A stretch of 63,984 nt of DNA, filler included, from Octopus bimaculoides (lineage: Eukaryota): the NCBI RefSeq assembly GCF_001194135.2. It is 5 parts of 5 records of this genome, joined end to end, with 100 filler letters (N's around TTAATTAATTAA, not from the genome) between each part and the next. Parts side by side here need not be neighbours in the genome. Positions count along the whole stretch, not along the records: positions 1 to 29,005 come from NC_068988.1; positions 29,106 to 57,802 come from NC_068999.1; 3 more parts are not named here. One strand, written 5' to 3'. A model generated the notes under the pieces. The model was not told the origin of the DNA. It saw nothing but the letters and a program-made list of their open reading frames with translations, and ran no database searches. Each line of letters begins with the position of its first letter. Position 1 is the first letter of the stretch. Shown here in pieces: positions 27,580 through 40,479 of this stretch. Both the position numbers and the translations under genes were made by a program.

Positions 27580-27860
27580 CTGAACAGGCTCTGCCCTATT
27601 TAACATTGTCCCGAAACAAATCAAAGAGGGAAAAGATCCCATCACCTTTAAAAAGAATATGGATAATTTTCTTCAAGGGATACCAAATAAGTAACCTATA
27701 CCTGGATGCAACCCACTCGACAAAAACTCCCTATTAGAAGGGATCATGATACCACAAAACTTGACTTTAAAATGTATTTAGTAAATCTTATAAGGTGGTG
27801 CAATTAAGTTAGATATAGACTGGGCCAATCTTCGGCCGAAACACAAGTTTATCTGAATTT
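27580..27860 (+). mobile_element. CR1-clade LINE 3' end
   Basis: TGSALFNIVPKQIKE...FKKNMDNFLQGIP, then a 3' UTR ggtggtgc...gggccaatcttcggccgaaac; homologous to the 28.4-29.0 kb copy. Confidence 0.75.
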
Positions 27861-27981
27861 ATTGAGATATCTACATATATGTATATGCTATCCATTGGTG
27901 TATAATAAATCTATTATACACGAATATTTATTTCCATATAAAAATATATTAACGTGTGTAAGTATACTGAACTACGTCGAG

Positions 27982-28031
<50 letters not shown>

Positions 28032-28429
28032 ACACATATTTATAAAGTACGAATGTTTGTATTTAAGCTGATAACACCAACTGAGTTATAATCAATTGTT
28101 CAGCACTCCTCAAGTGTCTAAGAATTAAAATCGCTTTGATGCCGCTGTCATTTTATAGAGAACATTTGGTTTTTAATTTTATCTGCCGTTATCATTTTCG
28201 AGCTGGTGGCAGTAACTACCAAGCGACTGCCATGCCTTCTCTTAAGACGAAGATGATTCCAGTATATAAATATTTTGTCCTGTAGGTATTAAATATATCC
28301 TGTGTTGTCATTTCATTTACATTTCATACATACACAGATACATGCATATATACATAAACACATATATGTGTACACACATTCACTTAAACGCGCACGCACA
28401 CGCAGATACAAGCATCATATACATATTGC

Positions 28430-29005
28430 CAATATCTATACTCCAAGAAACCTATATGGTTAATGAAATATTAATGGAATATTCCTCTAGTTTCTTATCT
28501 TATAAGATGTTTATTAGGTCATTCACTAAGAAAATTAAGGGCATTACTGATCTCGGTTATTGGGACCGCCTTAAAACATGGAAATCCTATTCTCTCCAGG
28601 GGCGCCGTGAGCGATACATCATTTGCCCGATGTGGACATTATACTACCAGCATTGCGCAAATGACCTCAAAATTAGCTTCCAAATTCATCCAAGGCTAGG
28701 ACTACGAGCCATACGTCCCCTAAACAATTCAGGTTCACGACACATAAATACACTGCAACACAATTTCTTTTCCTCAACAGGCCCTGCCCTATTTAATATT
28801 TTCCCGAAACAGATCAGAGAGAAAAAAGGATCCCATCACCTTTAAAAGGCATCTGGACACATTTCTTCAGGTAATACCAGATAAGCCACCTGTACTTGGA
28901 TACAACTCACTCAACAAGACCTTCCAACTCGAATGGACCAGGATATCGCAAAACCTGACTTTAAAAGATTTAGGTAATACCATCAGGTGGTGCTGTTAAG
29001 CTAGA
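28430..29005 (+). mobile_element. CR1-clade LINE 3' fragment
   Basis: MEYSS...RSFTKKIKGITDLGYWDRLK...YSLQGRRERYII...GPALFNIFPKQIR. Confidence 0.85.
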
Positions 29006-29105
29006 NNNNNNNNNNNNNNNNNNNNNNNNNNNNNNNNNNNNNNNNNNNNTTAATTAATTAANNNNNNNNNNNNNNNNNNNNNNNNNNNNNNNNNNNNNNN
29101 NNNNN

Positions 29106-29487
<382 letters not shown>

Positions 29488-29789
29488 TAGTTGGACTGTA
29501 TCTGTAGATCTGTTATAATCCATTCTGCTATAGGCACAAGGCCTGAAATTTAGAGGGAAGCTAGTTGATTACATCAGCCCCATTGCTCATCCAGTAATTA
29601 TTGACCCCCAAAAGGATGGAAGTTAACTTTGGCAGCAGACTGACGAAATACTCCTAAGCATTTTGTCCAGTGTGCTAATGATTCTACCAGCTTATTGCCT
29701 TTTCAAAGATGAAATGAAGTGTATCTTAATATAAGATAGGACAATTAACTCATAAATTTCCTGAAATATTGTATTTCCAAACATACATT

Positions 29790-30440
29790 GTTATTACTGC
29801 ATTTCTGGTAAGACAGCTGCAAGAGAAATACCTAACCAAAGATAAACCTCTGTACATCGCTTTCGTTGACATGGAGAAAGCCTTTGATAGGGTCCTCTGA
29901 TCCCTTATCTGGTGGTCAATGCAGAAACTAGGGATAGATGAGTGGTTGGTGAGAGCTGTACAAGCCATGTACAAGAATGCTGTCAGCAAGGTGAGGGTTG
30001 GTAACGAGTATAGTGAAGAATTCTGGGTAGGGGTCCACCAAGGATTAGTCCCAGCCCCCTTTTATTCATCATAGTCCTCCAGGCAATAACAGAGGAATTC
30101 AAGACAGGATACCCCTGGGAGTTTCTTGATGCTGTTGACCTTGCTCTAATAGCTGGGTCACTATCAGAACTAGAGAAGTTTCAGGTGTGGAAGCAAGGTC
30201 TCGAATCAAAGGCCTTAGAGTCAAACTAGCAAAAACCAAAGTCTTCACAAATGCCTTCAGGTAGATGGCCCTCCTTGATCTGTAGAAAAGGCGTAGGTAG
30301 AAACTCTATAAGATGTACCCAGTGTAAGCTATGGACACATAAGAGGTGCAGCAATATCAAAGGAAAGCTAATTGGGAAGATAGTTTTTGTGTGTAGCAAA
30401 TGCTTAGGGGCAATAAACACTGAAAATGTGCAGAAATAAT
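29790..30440 (+). mobile_element. RTE-clade LINE RT fragment with PHD-like Cys/His insert
   Basis: LVRQLQEKY...AFVDMEKAFDRV...GVHQG...LFIIV, followed by CRKGVGRNSIRCTQCKLWTHKRCS...FVCSKC. Confidence 0.9.
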
Positions 30441-30449
30441 AAACAGTGT

Positions 30450-31190
30450 CCATGGATCAATCCAATTTACTATGGAAATGAATGAAAGGGAACTCCCCTT
30501 CTAAGATATCATAATAATTAAAGAGAATGAGATTATAACAACTAACCTCTATTACAAAAACACAGACACACCAATATTTAGACTTTAGATCTTGCCATCC
30601 TTCCCATACAAAAAGGAACATACCCTTTAATATGGCAAGGCGAATATGTACAGTATTTTCAGAGACAAATAGAAGAGAAAGACGACTTGAAGAGCTCAAC
30701 TTATTCCTTAAAAAACAAAAATACCCCACCAAATTAATAGATCAAGCGATAACTGAAGCAAAAAAATATCCCAGTCTCTACACTAGGAAGAAAAAACACT
30801 CACACTGAGGATAAACGGAAAGATGAACATAAAAATATCCCATTTGTTATCACTCAAAATCCCAAGAACCACAATATTCTACAAACAGCCAAACACCTTC
30901 TACCAATTCTACACTAGTCCCCATGTCTCCGACAAACAATCAAGGAACAACAAATAATCAACAGCCGAAGGCAACCACCAAACCTTGAGAAACTTCTAAC
31001 CAAAGCAAGATTCTCATCAGAGGAAGAAATGATGCAAGTTACCAAATGTGGAGACCCCCAACGTGGGATATGTGGTTTAAAAGAACAGGGACCAGCCAAA
31101 AAATTCAAGAATGGGAAAGAATTAAAGGTGAATGCAAATATGAACTGCAAAAGCAAAAACCTGATATGTTGTATCACATGCCCACGATGA
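30450..31190 (+). mobile_element. Penelope-like element, RT C-terminus and linker
   Basis: IQFTME...LPF*DI...LYYKNTD-HQYLDFRSCHPSHTKRNIPFNMARRIC...SRRQPPNL...C...C..NMNCKSKNL. Confidence 0.85.
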
Positions 31191-32130
31191 GTAGTTTTCT
31201 CGTGTCTGAGTAGTTAATCTGTGACAAGTGATTGAGCTTCTTCATCCTGATGGGTTCAAAGGGTGCTGGTGCTTGAGGTGTTTGTTCCGGCCAAGAGCAG
31301 TAATTAGGACATGTATGGGGATGTGTGGATGTTGTTTGGAGTGTAGTGTATTAGTGAAGGGGACTGGAATCTATTTGGATGTTCATCAGATGCTTGTGCG
31401 GTAGAGAAGACACGTGTGATTTTGTTCTGCAGAGATATTGTGTAATAATGAGGGCATGTGTGGTGGGAGTAATGTAATCTTGTATGTGTGATGGTGTAGT
31501 TTAGGAGTGAGAATACATAATGTTGTAATGAGAATATGTGTATGCAAAAAATGGTCAAATTAGTATCCGTGAAATTGGAAATTAATACATAACTATGGGC
31601 TGACAAACAGTAACTGAATGAAACTAACAGTTCAGAAATTTCAAGTTCAAATCCAGTTTCTGACCAGAAATAACTTTATATGCTACATTCTTCAGTTTAC
31701 TTAAATGTCAGGAAAATATCACAAGAATTGACCACTCATTAATGCATAGACTCAATAAGTTAACTTTGTCAGACCATTATATAGGTTGTTTTAAATACTA
31801 ACTATACACACACATTTATTAATATCAAGGGTAATAAGAAATATTAGAAATTTCTACTACCAGTGGACTAGCATGTAAAAATTTAGTCCATAGACTATAT
31901 ATTATTCATATAAATACAGTGTACATTTAAACACATAAGAGGTCTCCATCATAGGATTTCTTGCATACTAGAATGAGCAGCTAAGTTCCAAACCACTATT
32001 AGGGATAAAATTTCGAAGGGAATGAAAAATAAAAACATTTACCATTTATATATATATACATACATTTAAACATGTACATTTTCTTTAAATGAATGTTATT
32101 AATTTCACCTTTTTGTTTCTTTTCCCCCAG

Positions 32131-32647
32131 ATGGCCTCTGACCCATGGTGCCAGTATTTGTTCTTCTGCTACTGTTATTTCCTGTGCACTAACCAACAGT
32201 TACTTCCGCCGATACTTCAATCTTATGCATTTTGGCCGTGCAAGTGGATACCTCATGGCTGTTGGTATGCCATGTGTGTTAGGCATGATCACACATACAA
32301 CTTTTGTCACTGAGAATTGTTTGGTTGGAGATTTTGCCTGTCCAACATGTCTAATGACAAGAAGTGGTATAATTCAGCTTTTAGTTGGTGGTTTATATCC
32401 TGCAGTTCTTTGTCCAGTTTTTGGTTTGATTCAAGCCAGAAAATATTTGACCAAGGCCATTGAACCAAGTAAAAAAATTACGGATTCTATACAAATTGTT
32501 GCAAAAACTGCTGTACCTTTCAAAAAAATTTTGGGCTTGTCTTTGCTGGCAAACATGTTTTTAGGGATGTACATGTCCAAGTTGGAAATGGACACATTCC
32601 TCAATGTTCTGATGAAAGAAAAACCTCAAGAAACAGAGATGCTATAA
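32131..32647 (+). CDS. TMEM126: TMEM126-family (DUF1370) mitochondrial inner-membrane protein, terminal coding exon (5' exon(s) not identified)
   Basis: Polypyrimidine acceptor tttttgtttcttttcccccag ends at 32130, phase 2. ORF WPLTHG...NSYFRRYFNL...CPTCLMTRSGIIQLLVGGLYP...TAVPFKK...TAA matches the TMEM126 hallmark C-x2-C-x3-RSG-x6-GGLYP (human TMEM126A CETCTITRSGLTGLVIGGLYP, recalled). Confidence 0.9.
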
Positions 32648-32721
32648 TAAAAATTTCAGCAAAATATTTTTAAGGATTCCATTGTGCTTATATCAAACTC
32701 ATTTTAACAATATTTCTAGAT

Positions 32722-32727
32722 AATAAA
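32722..32727 (+). promoter_or_regulatory. Candidate polyadenylation signal of TMEM126
   Basis: AATAAA 75 nt after the stop, followed by U/GU-rich sequence; a second AATAAA overlaps the stop at 32646-32651. Confidence 0.5.
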
Positions 32728-33225
32728 TTAAAAAGACAAAAATAGGTTTCAAAAATATTCTAAACCTTCATTTCAAAGTTTGATATCACTGATTTGATGA
32801 ACTGACTCCAGGTCACAGCACAGTGTCAGATTATCAACTTCATTGTTACTGCTTCTGTTTGTATTAGTCATTACATTTGTTGTTTGGTTTTTTTGTTTGT
32901 GTTTTTTATTTCATTTTTTTTGTGGAACATTTGTTTCAGGCACAGGTTTGAATTCCCTGACTCACTACATCACAGTTAATATTGAAAGGTAGTTCAGCTC
33001 AGTACAGATGATAACATTTATTAAGACAGATGTAGATGGTAACAGTATTGATTTTGAACTATCTAGTGAGGACAGGAAGTTGTGTAGTAAATATATTAAA
33101 ATTGGAGAATGTAAAGAAAAAAGAATGGGTTGTCTATTGTGTGTATTTTTAGTTTCCTAAAAGACTTCTGCTGAATTCCTGACTCTAACATATTTTCAAT
33201 CATTATCAACATAGTGCTGTTACAG

Positions 33226-33272
33226 TTAAATTGCATTATAGTGTGACAGTGTTGAGAGAGTACCAACATCTT
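33226..33272 (-). CDS. Weak candidate terminal exon of the minus-strand gene
   Basis: Acceptor gcatatcatag; (E)DVGTLSTLSHYNAI-stop; minus-strand AATAAA at 33017-33022. Confidence 0.2.
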
Positions 33273-33534
33273 CTATGATATGCTATGCATTGTATCTCTA
33301 AAATAAGTGACATATCAAGTGACATCCAGTTTATTCTGTGAGATTGGTAGACAAAACAGTTCTGTACTTCAGTTGATTTTTTTTTTTTTTTGTCTTGTTT
33401 CTCCATATTTAGTGATAGAGTGGACTTCCAACATATTATGAAATTTACTGATTTTACAGAACCACTCAATTTATAGACAGGTTAGATAAATGAATAAAGT
33501 TATGGAAGGATAACATGGACCAAACGGTATCTTC

Positions 33535-34300
33535 TTTTATCTTTTACTTGTTTCAGTCATTGGACTACAGCCATGTCAGGATACTGCCTTGAAGGGCTTG
33601 ATTCCAATACTTATTTTTTTAAATTCTGGTACTTATTCTATTAGTTTCTTTTGTTGAATTGCTAAGTTATGGGGATGTAAACAAATCAACTGCAGTTGTT
33701 GGGTGGAGGGACAAAGACATACATATATATGATAGGCTTCAATGCAGTTTCCATCTGCCAAATTCACTGAAAGCAGTGGAACTGAACCCAAAACCGTACA
33801 GTTGCGAAGTGAGCTTTTTGACCTCACAGTCATGTCTGTGCCTATATGACAAACTGAAGCTGAATAAAATCTTATCTATTTTCAAAGAATGAAATCCTAG
33901 TGACTTTACAAATTGAGTTTTCCTGTAATTATTGATCTCAAATTTTGGCACAGGGCCAGCAGTTTCAGGGCAGTGGGTAAATTGATTACATCAGCCCAGT
34001 AATCAACTGGTACTTATTTAATCAACCCCAAAAGGATGAAAGGCAAAATCAACTTTGGCGGAATTTACACTAAGGAAATAAAGATGGACAAAATGTCACT
34101 AAGCATTTTACCCAGCATGCTAACATTTCTGCCAGTTCATCACCAAAGTATACGTCTCCTCCCAGCAAAAATATCCCTTTTGCTAACCTACAATAAAAAT
34201 CATGTCAAAATAGACAGTGAAACCTGGTGCAGTCTTCTGGTTTGCCAGCTCCTGTCAAACCATCCAACCCATGCCAGTATGAAAAACAGATGTTAAATGA
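33535..34300. mobile_element. Cluster of SINE copies
   Basis: Minus SINE at 33535-33835; second family (ggcacagggccagc...aaaggatgaaaggcaaa) at about 33935-34300. Confidence 0.75.
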
Positions 34301-34611
34301 TGATGAGAATACCATCTCATATTCTTGTTCCTTTCACCCACCCATCCTAGAAGGGCATCCAACTGTAAAAATTAAACTAAAACTGAAATGTCCGATGTGA
34401 TACTGCACCCCCATCTAGGAAAGCATTAATTCCAAATAAGAACTGACTTGGACTGCTATAATGTGCCCAACTATACCAGCATAGAAAGCGGACATTAAAC
34501 GGACAACAATGACAACAAGATACCACCAACACAGTTGTTGTGACTGACACAGCAATTTACTACAACAACAAAAATACACATATTTAGTTGAATAGTTCAG
34601 ATAATGAGATT

Positions 34612-34998
34612 TCTTTTAGTTTCTACTTGTTTCAGTCTTTAGATTGTGGCCATGCTGGGGCATCACCTTGAAGAATTTTAAGTTGAATGAATTGACCCTA
34701 GTACTTATTTATTTTTAAGCGTGGTACTTGTTGTTCTCTTTTAATGAACCACTAAGTTGCAGGGATGTAAACACACCAACACTAGTTGTCAAGCAGTGAT
34801 AGGAGACAAATACAGACGCATAGACACATGTACGAAGACATATATATATATATATATATACGACAGGCTTCTTTCAGTTTCCATCTACCAAATTCACTTA
34901 CACGGCTTTGGTTGTCCTACACTATAGTAGAAGACACTTGCCCAAGGTGTCATGCAGTGGGACTGAATCCAGAACCATGAGGTTGGGAAGCAAGCTTG
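34612..34998 (-). mobile_element. Near-complete SINE
   Basis: Both halves joined by an (AT)n spacer; CpG-decayed. Confidence 0.8.
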
Positions 34999-35512
34999 GT
35001 TAATTAATTATAAACAAACTTAAGTTTTGACAAAAATCTTACTGAAAGGAACATCACAAACCTAGTTTCAATTCTATGTAAAGATGCTTTTGGGAAATGC
35101 CTAAAGGTCATAGGTTAACATTATTCCATCCTTAATGATTTATAACTAATCGAGCAATTACTATAAGGAGAGGTTGCTAAGATAATGACAAAAGGGGAAA
35201 TATGTAAATTAGTAAAAAGTTGTTGAATGAACATATTTCATAAAAATAAATAAAAAATATCAACAGTTGAAAGAACATAATTAACTAAATGCTATTTTAA
35301 TTAGAAAGTTAAGCTTCTCAGATGTGGCAATACAAGAGAAAGAGAGACACATAGCATTGTAAGCTGAGGAGTTGTAAAGATAATGGCTGTTACAAGTCCT
35401 TTTATTGTTATATAATGTTTCATTGTGTTATTGTTTACACAGCACCAGTTACATTAGGTTGTGAGAGGAATCAGCACAAAAATTGTAGATAATATTAAAT
35501 CTGGTTTAAATG

Positions 35513-35741
35513 TTAAAATCTCTTTAGCATTTAAACCAGCCATATCTGGCCAAAATGTTCCGTATTTTATGTTAAAACTGGACAGACATGGCCTCTCATA
35601 CCTAACCTATAATGTTATTCTAAAAATTTGCAATCATATTTTCAAAATCTCGAAGCTACAATATTATATATGATTAAGTCAAAACAATGTGAATAAATAA
35701 GTCTTACATTTGACAAAGTAATCTGAATGCTAAAGGGTTAA
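35513..35741. mobile_element. piggyBac-type MITE
   Basis: Right end gaatgctaaaggg|ttaa; left end degenerate (ttaa...ctttagcatt). Confidence 0.65.
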
Positions 35742-36019
35742 AAGGTAAGGAATGATGCTGTAGACCGAACATGAATACAATTAGGATGTTACAACATGGT
35801 AAGTTTATCTTCACACCTGTAACTAATGAGGGTTTCTTAAATGATTCTTATGTACCAGAATTGGTGGTCTTGCAACTGAACAAAATTTACTTGCTGTGTA
35901 CAACTGCATATTTATTAGAAAATATATATTAGTGACAGGGGCAGAGAACTATAATTATTTATCATTACAATAATTAAACTTAAGGTGGTCATATATAAGT
36001 TATCTCTGCATACTTACTA

Positions 36020-38000
36020 CAAACAGATTTGGTAAATGAACAGGACTTATTGTGGGGCCTTCCTATAGACCTCAATAACAGATTATGCCAAGCTCTTTAT
36101 CATGGTTGGTAGTTTTAATGAACATCTTGAGTAACTTCGTGATGGCCTCTCTGCAATACATGGTGGCTATCAGTATCTTAAGAGAAATTAAGACAAATCT
36201 TTTGAAGTTGTGTGATTTGAACTTCAGAAAACCAATCAACTTGATTGCCTCCTAGTCATGTGAACTCACAAGCCAGTTTTACACTTTATTCTCACCAAGA
36301 AACAGAAAAGTGACGAGTTGCAAATGCTCATGACCCGACTTTTCGTCTGATGTCACTTTGTCCAATGTCACTTCATCCACGTCTTTCTGTCCAATTTTAA
36401 ATAAACTCTTTAGAAAACAAGGTGAACATCAAAATCAAATAATCATTGAAAATTTTATTGATAGGATTCAAATAAGATACTGTGGAAAAATGTATTTAAA
36501 CAAAATTCATTTAAAAAAAGTAATAAGATATAACTGATGATTTATTATGATCACTTAATAGTGATGCAAATTATATGCTACACTCTTCAAGAAATCAATT
36601 TTTCTTGTTGACCCATATTCAATGACCAATCTTTTGTGGCTTTCAGTTATTCTTCGATATCGTGTACATGAATTTGATGGATCTCCTCAAAGAATTTGAG
36701 TCATTTTACCTTGAACGAACCCTTCCTCTTCCTTCTGTGTTTTAATTAATTTCCAAATATTCAAATGTGCTCCACCCGCTGAACGTTTTATCACAGATTG
36801 AAACCCCTCCGCAGCATTATTTGTTCTGGGAAGATCTGAAGAATACGCTGATTAACATTCCATACAGCTATCTGGAATGTAGGTGGTTCTCTCCGTTTAG
36901 CATCATGTCCTCTTACAACACCTATGTAAGTTAAGTTGAAGTAAGTGATGAATTTAGCAGGTATTTCTTCATCGACTATTAATTCTTCATAGGCTTCTTC
37001 AACAGGCAGGAAGGCTAATGCTGAAAATCATTAAATTTTAAGACAGAATTCAGAGTCTTTATTGTATTTTTCTTTGAGGCCTAAATCTGTAATTTTTCAA
37101 AATACTGATTGGCTCAAATGAAACAAACATGCTATGATAGATGAATTAAATGCCTTATGAACTGCAACTTCGCTATTTTGCTATGCAAACTTGCTGCTGT
37201 TTTCCATCGCTTCATGCTTTATTTCTGCAACTGCTTTTCTAGCATTTAACAAATCTAAATCAGCTGGATGAAGGTGCTCATTAGAAAAATAATTTTTGGC
37301 TCATTGTTTTCTGTTACCATGTGATTTCACACTGAAAACAGCCTTCTTTTCTCACATCTTCAGTATTCTTTTCCTAGTTTTGTATTGCTTGAATGAAAAT
37401 CGTAAATGTAATTACTTTCATCACCTACTTTTCTTTTGTTTTTGTTCAATACTATGAACTTTGTCAGTTTGGGATGGGTAAATTAAAAATGTGTACACTA
37501 AATTTGCAGCACTCTCTATACACAGCACCATACTTAAGAGAGAGAAGGACAAAGAAGTAAAACTGTTAACAGCAAAGGAAAAAGAATGATAATAACAATC
37601 CTATAACGAGGCTCATTATAGTTCTGTGAATATATCATTAGAGATATTTCACCTTGTTTTCTAAAGAGTTTACTTAAAATTGAACAAAAGGTTGTTGAAC
37701 AAAAAATCATCAGACAAAAGGACTGACCAAATGATGTAGACAAAAAGACATTTGACAAAGTGACGTCAGATGAAAAGACATAGCACTGCAAATGCTAAGT
37801 CCTTTCATGGTGAAAAATGTATCACCCAATATAGATTAGTTAGTAGTGACTTCAGAGTAAGAGCAAGACCAACTCAAAAACAAATTGGGAGAAAGAAGAC
37901 ATAGAAGCTGAAAGAGCCCTCATCTTGTCAAAGTCAGAAATATATCAGTTGATATTTATGTCAGAAGGTTGAAGGAGATGGTGATATATAACATAGAGGT
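36020..38000 (+). mobile_element. RTE APE endonuclease remnant split by a MULE
   Basis: Left flank ...GSFNEHL...HGGY...FILTKK; right flank ANAKSFHGEKCITQYRLVSSDFRV...*KLKEP. Confidence 0.75.
36329..37786 (-). mobile_element. Internally deleted Mutator/MULE transposon with long TIRs and TSD
   Basis: Imperfect TIRs >100 bp (cttttcgtctgatgtcactttgtccaatgtc / gacatttgacaaagtgacgtcagatgaaaag). TSD TGCAAATGC(T) at 36319-36328 and 37787-37796. FLYWCH-like and CLFHLSQ...ITYFNLTYIG...WNV...PRTNNAAEGF remnants. Confidence 0.9.
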
Positions 38001-38299
38001 AAGCCAGATCTGTGACTAGTGCAAGGTCTCAACTAGATGTCATGTGAGACACTATTATGTATACAGTCATAGAAGTAAAAGATAAATATGGAAAAATTAA
38101 AGGAAAGACGTCAGCAGAGAGCAATACTAAGTTGCAAAAAGAGAAACTATGTGATATGTATACACAGAAGAGAAAGAGAAAGTAAGAGATTTGCACATGT
38201 TCTGTGAGGATTGGAGGTGTGAAGTATTTAATTTTGCAAGAGAGTGTTTCAACTCCTAAATACCAACCAAAACACAATTACAAACCACTAGATGAACTA

Positions 38300-38680
38300 T
38301 CTTTTACTTGTTTCACTCATTAGATGGCAGCAATGCTGGGGCACCACTTTGAAGAATTTTTAATTGAATGACTTAACCTCATCAGTTATTTTTTTAAGCC
38401 TGGTACTTATTCTTTTGATCTCTTTTGCCTATTCACTAAGTTACAGGGACATAAACACACCAACACTGGTTGTCAAGCAGTAATGGAGGGGCAAACACAG
38501 ACGCAAAGACACACATATGATGGGCCGTTTTCAGTTTCCATCTACCAAATCCACTCACAAGGCTTTGAATGGCCTGATGCTATTGTAGAAGACACTTGCT
38601 CAAGGTGCCATGCAGTGGAACTGAACCCAGAACAATGTGGTTAAGAAGCAAGCTTCTTACCACACAGCCATGCCTGCATC
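38300..38680 (-). mobile_element. Near-complete SINE
   Basis: Same unit as at 34.6 kb; CpG-decayed. Confidence 0.8.
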
Positions 38681-38833
38681 TATATGTCCATATTGCCCTA
38701 CAGATGTTCAAATCAACATCACCAGTGTGGGAGGGAGAGGGACTGTGAAGGCTGTGGATAATGACCCTTCCTGTTTCAATTTATCAAAAATAAGCAGAGA
38801 ATGTACTGAAGTAAAATATTTCATTGTATATAC

Positions 38834-38894
38834 CTTGATTTTGTTGTCCCTCTCTTCATATTATCATGTAACACAGGCAATAATGTACAGCTTC
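38834..38894 (-). CDS. Weak candidate exon
   Basis: Acceptor tatgtactttag, donor gtatat; a single open frame (G)SCTLLPVLHDNMKRGTTKS(R). No recognisable homology. Confidence 0.2.
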
Positions 38895-40479
38895 CTAAAG
38901 TACATAGAAATAACTGATTCGTTTTCTCTAATTAACAAATTATTTCATCAAAACCTTCATGTCTTCTTACATTTCAGTTTGCAGAATATACTGCACTAAA
39001 GTGTCTGATGTGACACCAATAAAAGCCATTTTATTATAGCTGTAATGTAGTTACTTAAAACCTCACACATATGCATGCACCCATAAGCAGACACGCACAC
39101 AAACTCTCTCTTTCTCTGCTTCTCTCTCTCTCCAAAATCTTAATGGAATTTACTCTGCATCTTCATAAGATTGAGAATCTAAAACAAAGAGAATTAAAAA
39201 ATAATAATAATATATCGTTTTTCTCTTTCACTTGGCCCTATGATCATAGTTTGTACTAATGGAATCGTACGCAGGAATTTAAAGGTTAGTTAAAATCATT
39301 TGTTTACTTCTTTTAGATGTAGAATATCAGTATAAATATGTTTTTCAATTTGTTTTCTCTTTTTCAACAAATTTTACTTTAAATTTCTCTTGTGTTTTAT
39401 TTGTATCTGCAACATTGAAAACCTGCTTGTTTCAGTGGTGCACCCACCCCTGCCATCTATGCCAGAAATCTTGATAAAGAGTGTGGTAAAGATTATGACA
39501 AAATAGTCATAGTGATAGTAATGGTGAAACTGGTAATGACAATGATAGTAGAAGTAGTAGTGTTAGTAAAAGTAGTATTAATGACAGTGATAGTAGTTGT
39601 GGTGAGTGATAATAATTAATATAACTAAAATAATAATAATATTGATAAAGAATATTCAGATAAATGTGTTAGACTAAGCAGTGATGGTTAGAAATAGCAA
39701 GGAGGGAGACCTTAGTTGTATATTTTGTACTTCTCTTATTTCATTGGTTTTGAAGGGAATATCTAGTGAGCTTCTGATGTTGGTGAATGCATATTGTAAT
39801 TAGGTTTTAAATAAATATACTAAGGGTCAGGTTATTGGTGACTAAACTGGGAAATCCATCAAGCTTTCTTGGTGAGGAGGATGGTAGTTGGACACACTGC
39901 AGGAAGCAAAACAAGACCCATCAAAGGATCGATGATTGATCGGTGTCAACGGCCATCCAACAGTGTATATGAGGGTAGGTGTGGACTCTCTGAGTGTTGG
40001 TTGGCAATCCACCTGGTAATGGTGTTACAATAAAAATACTGGTGATTGCACAACCTTATAAATGCTACCTTAAAATTAGTGATGTCATATTCAAGTAATA
40101 ATCATAACTGTGTTAACGGAACTGGAACTGTCAACAGGGAAAGTGTCTCACACAACAGGCAAGAAGCGTCTGATCAAGCTCCGGCAAGTCATCGTCAAGC
40201 CATTGATCAGGACCAAAATTGAAGTCAGAAGTGCAGAGGGAGGAAAATGAAATGGGAAAGATCATGGTTGAATATTGGCTGAGAAGTGAGCCAAGTAAAG
40301 AGGTTTCATGAAATGAAGGAAGAAAATATGGGGAATGAAAAAGGAGTCTTTGAAGATTCCACCCAATGATTGATTGACCAGGCAAGGGCAATTCATATAA
40401 ATGATTGAATTATAGGATTAGAGGTTGAAGAATTTCAGAGAATGAAAAATGAACAGGAAGAGTGAACAAACAAACAGGA

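Noticed and set aside
29050-29061. TTAATTAATTAA between N runs (also at 57847, 60570 and 62133)
   Set aside because: Identical 12-mer with stops in all six frames, always embedded in Ns: a gap-padding linker, not biology.
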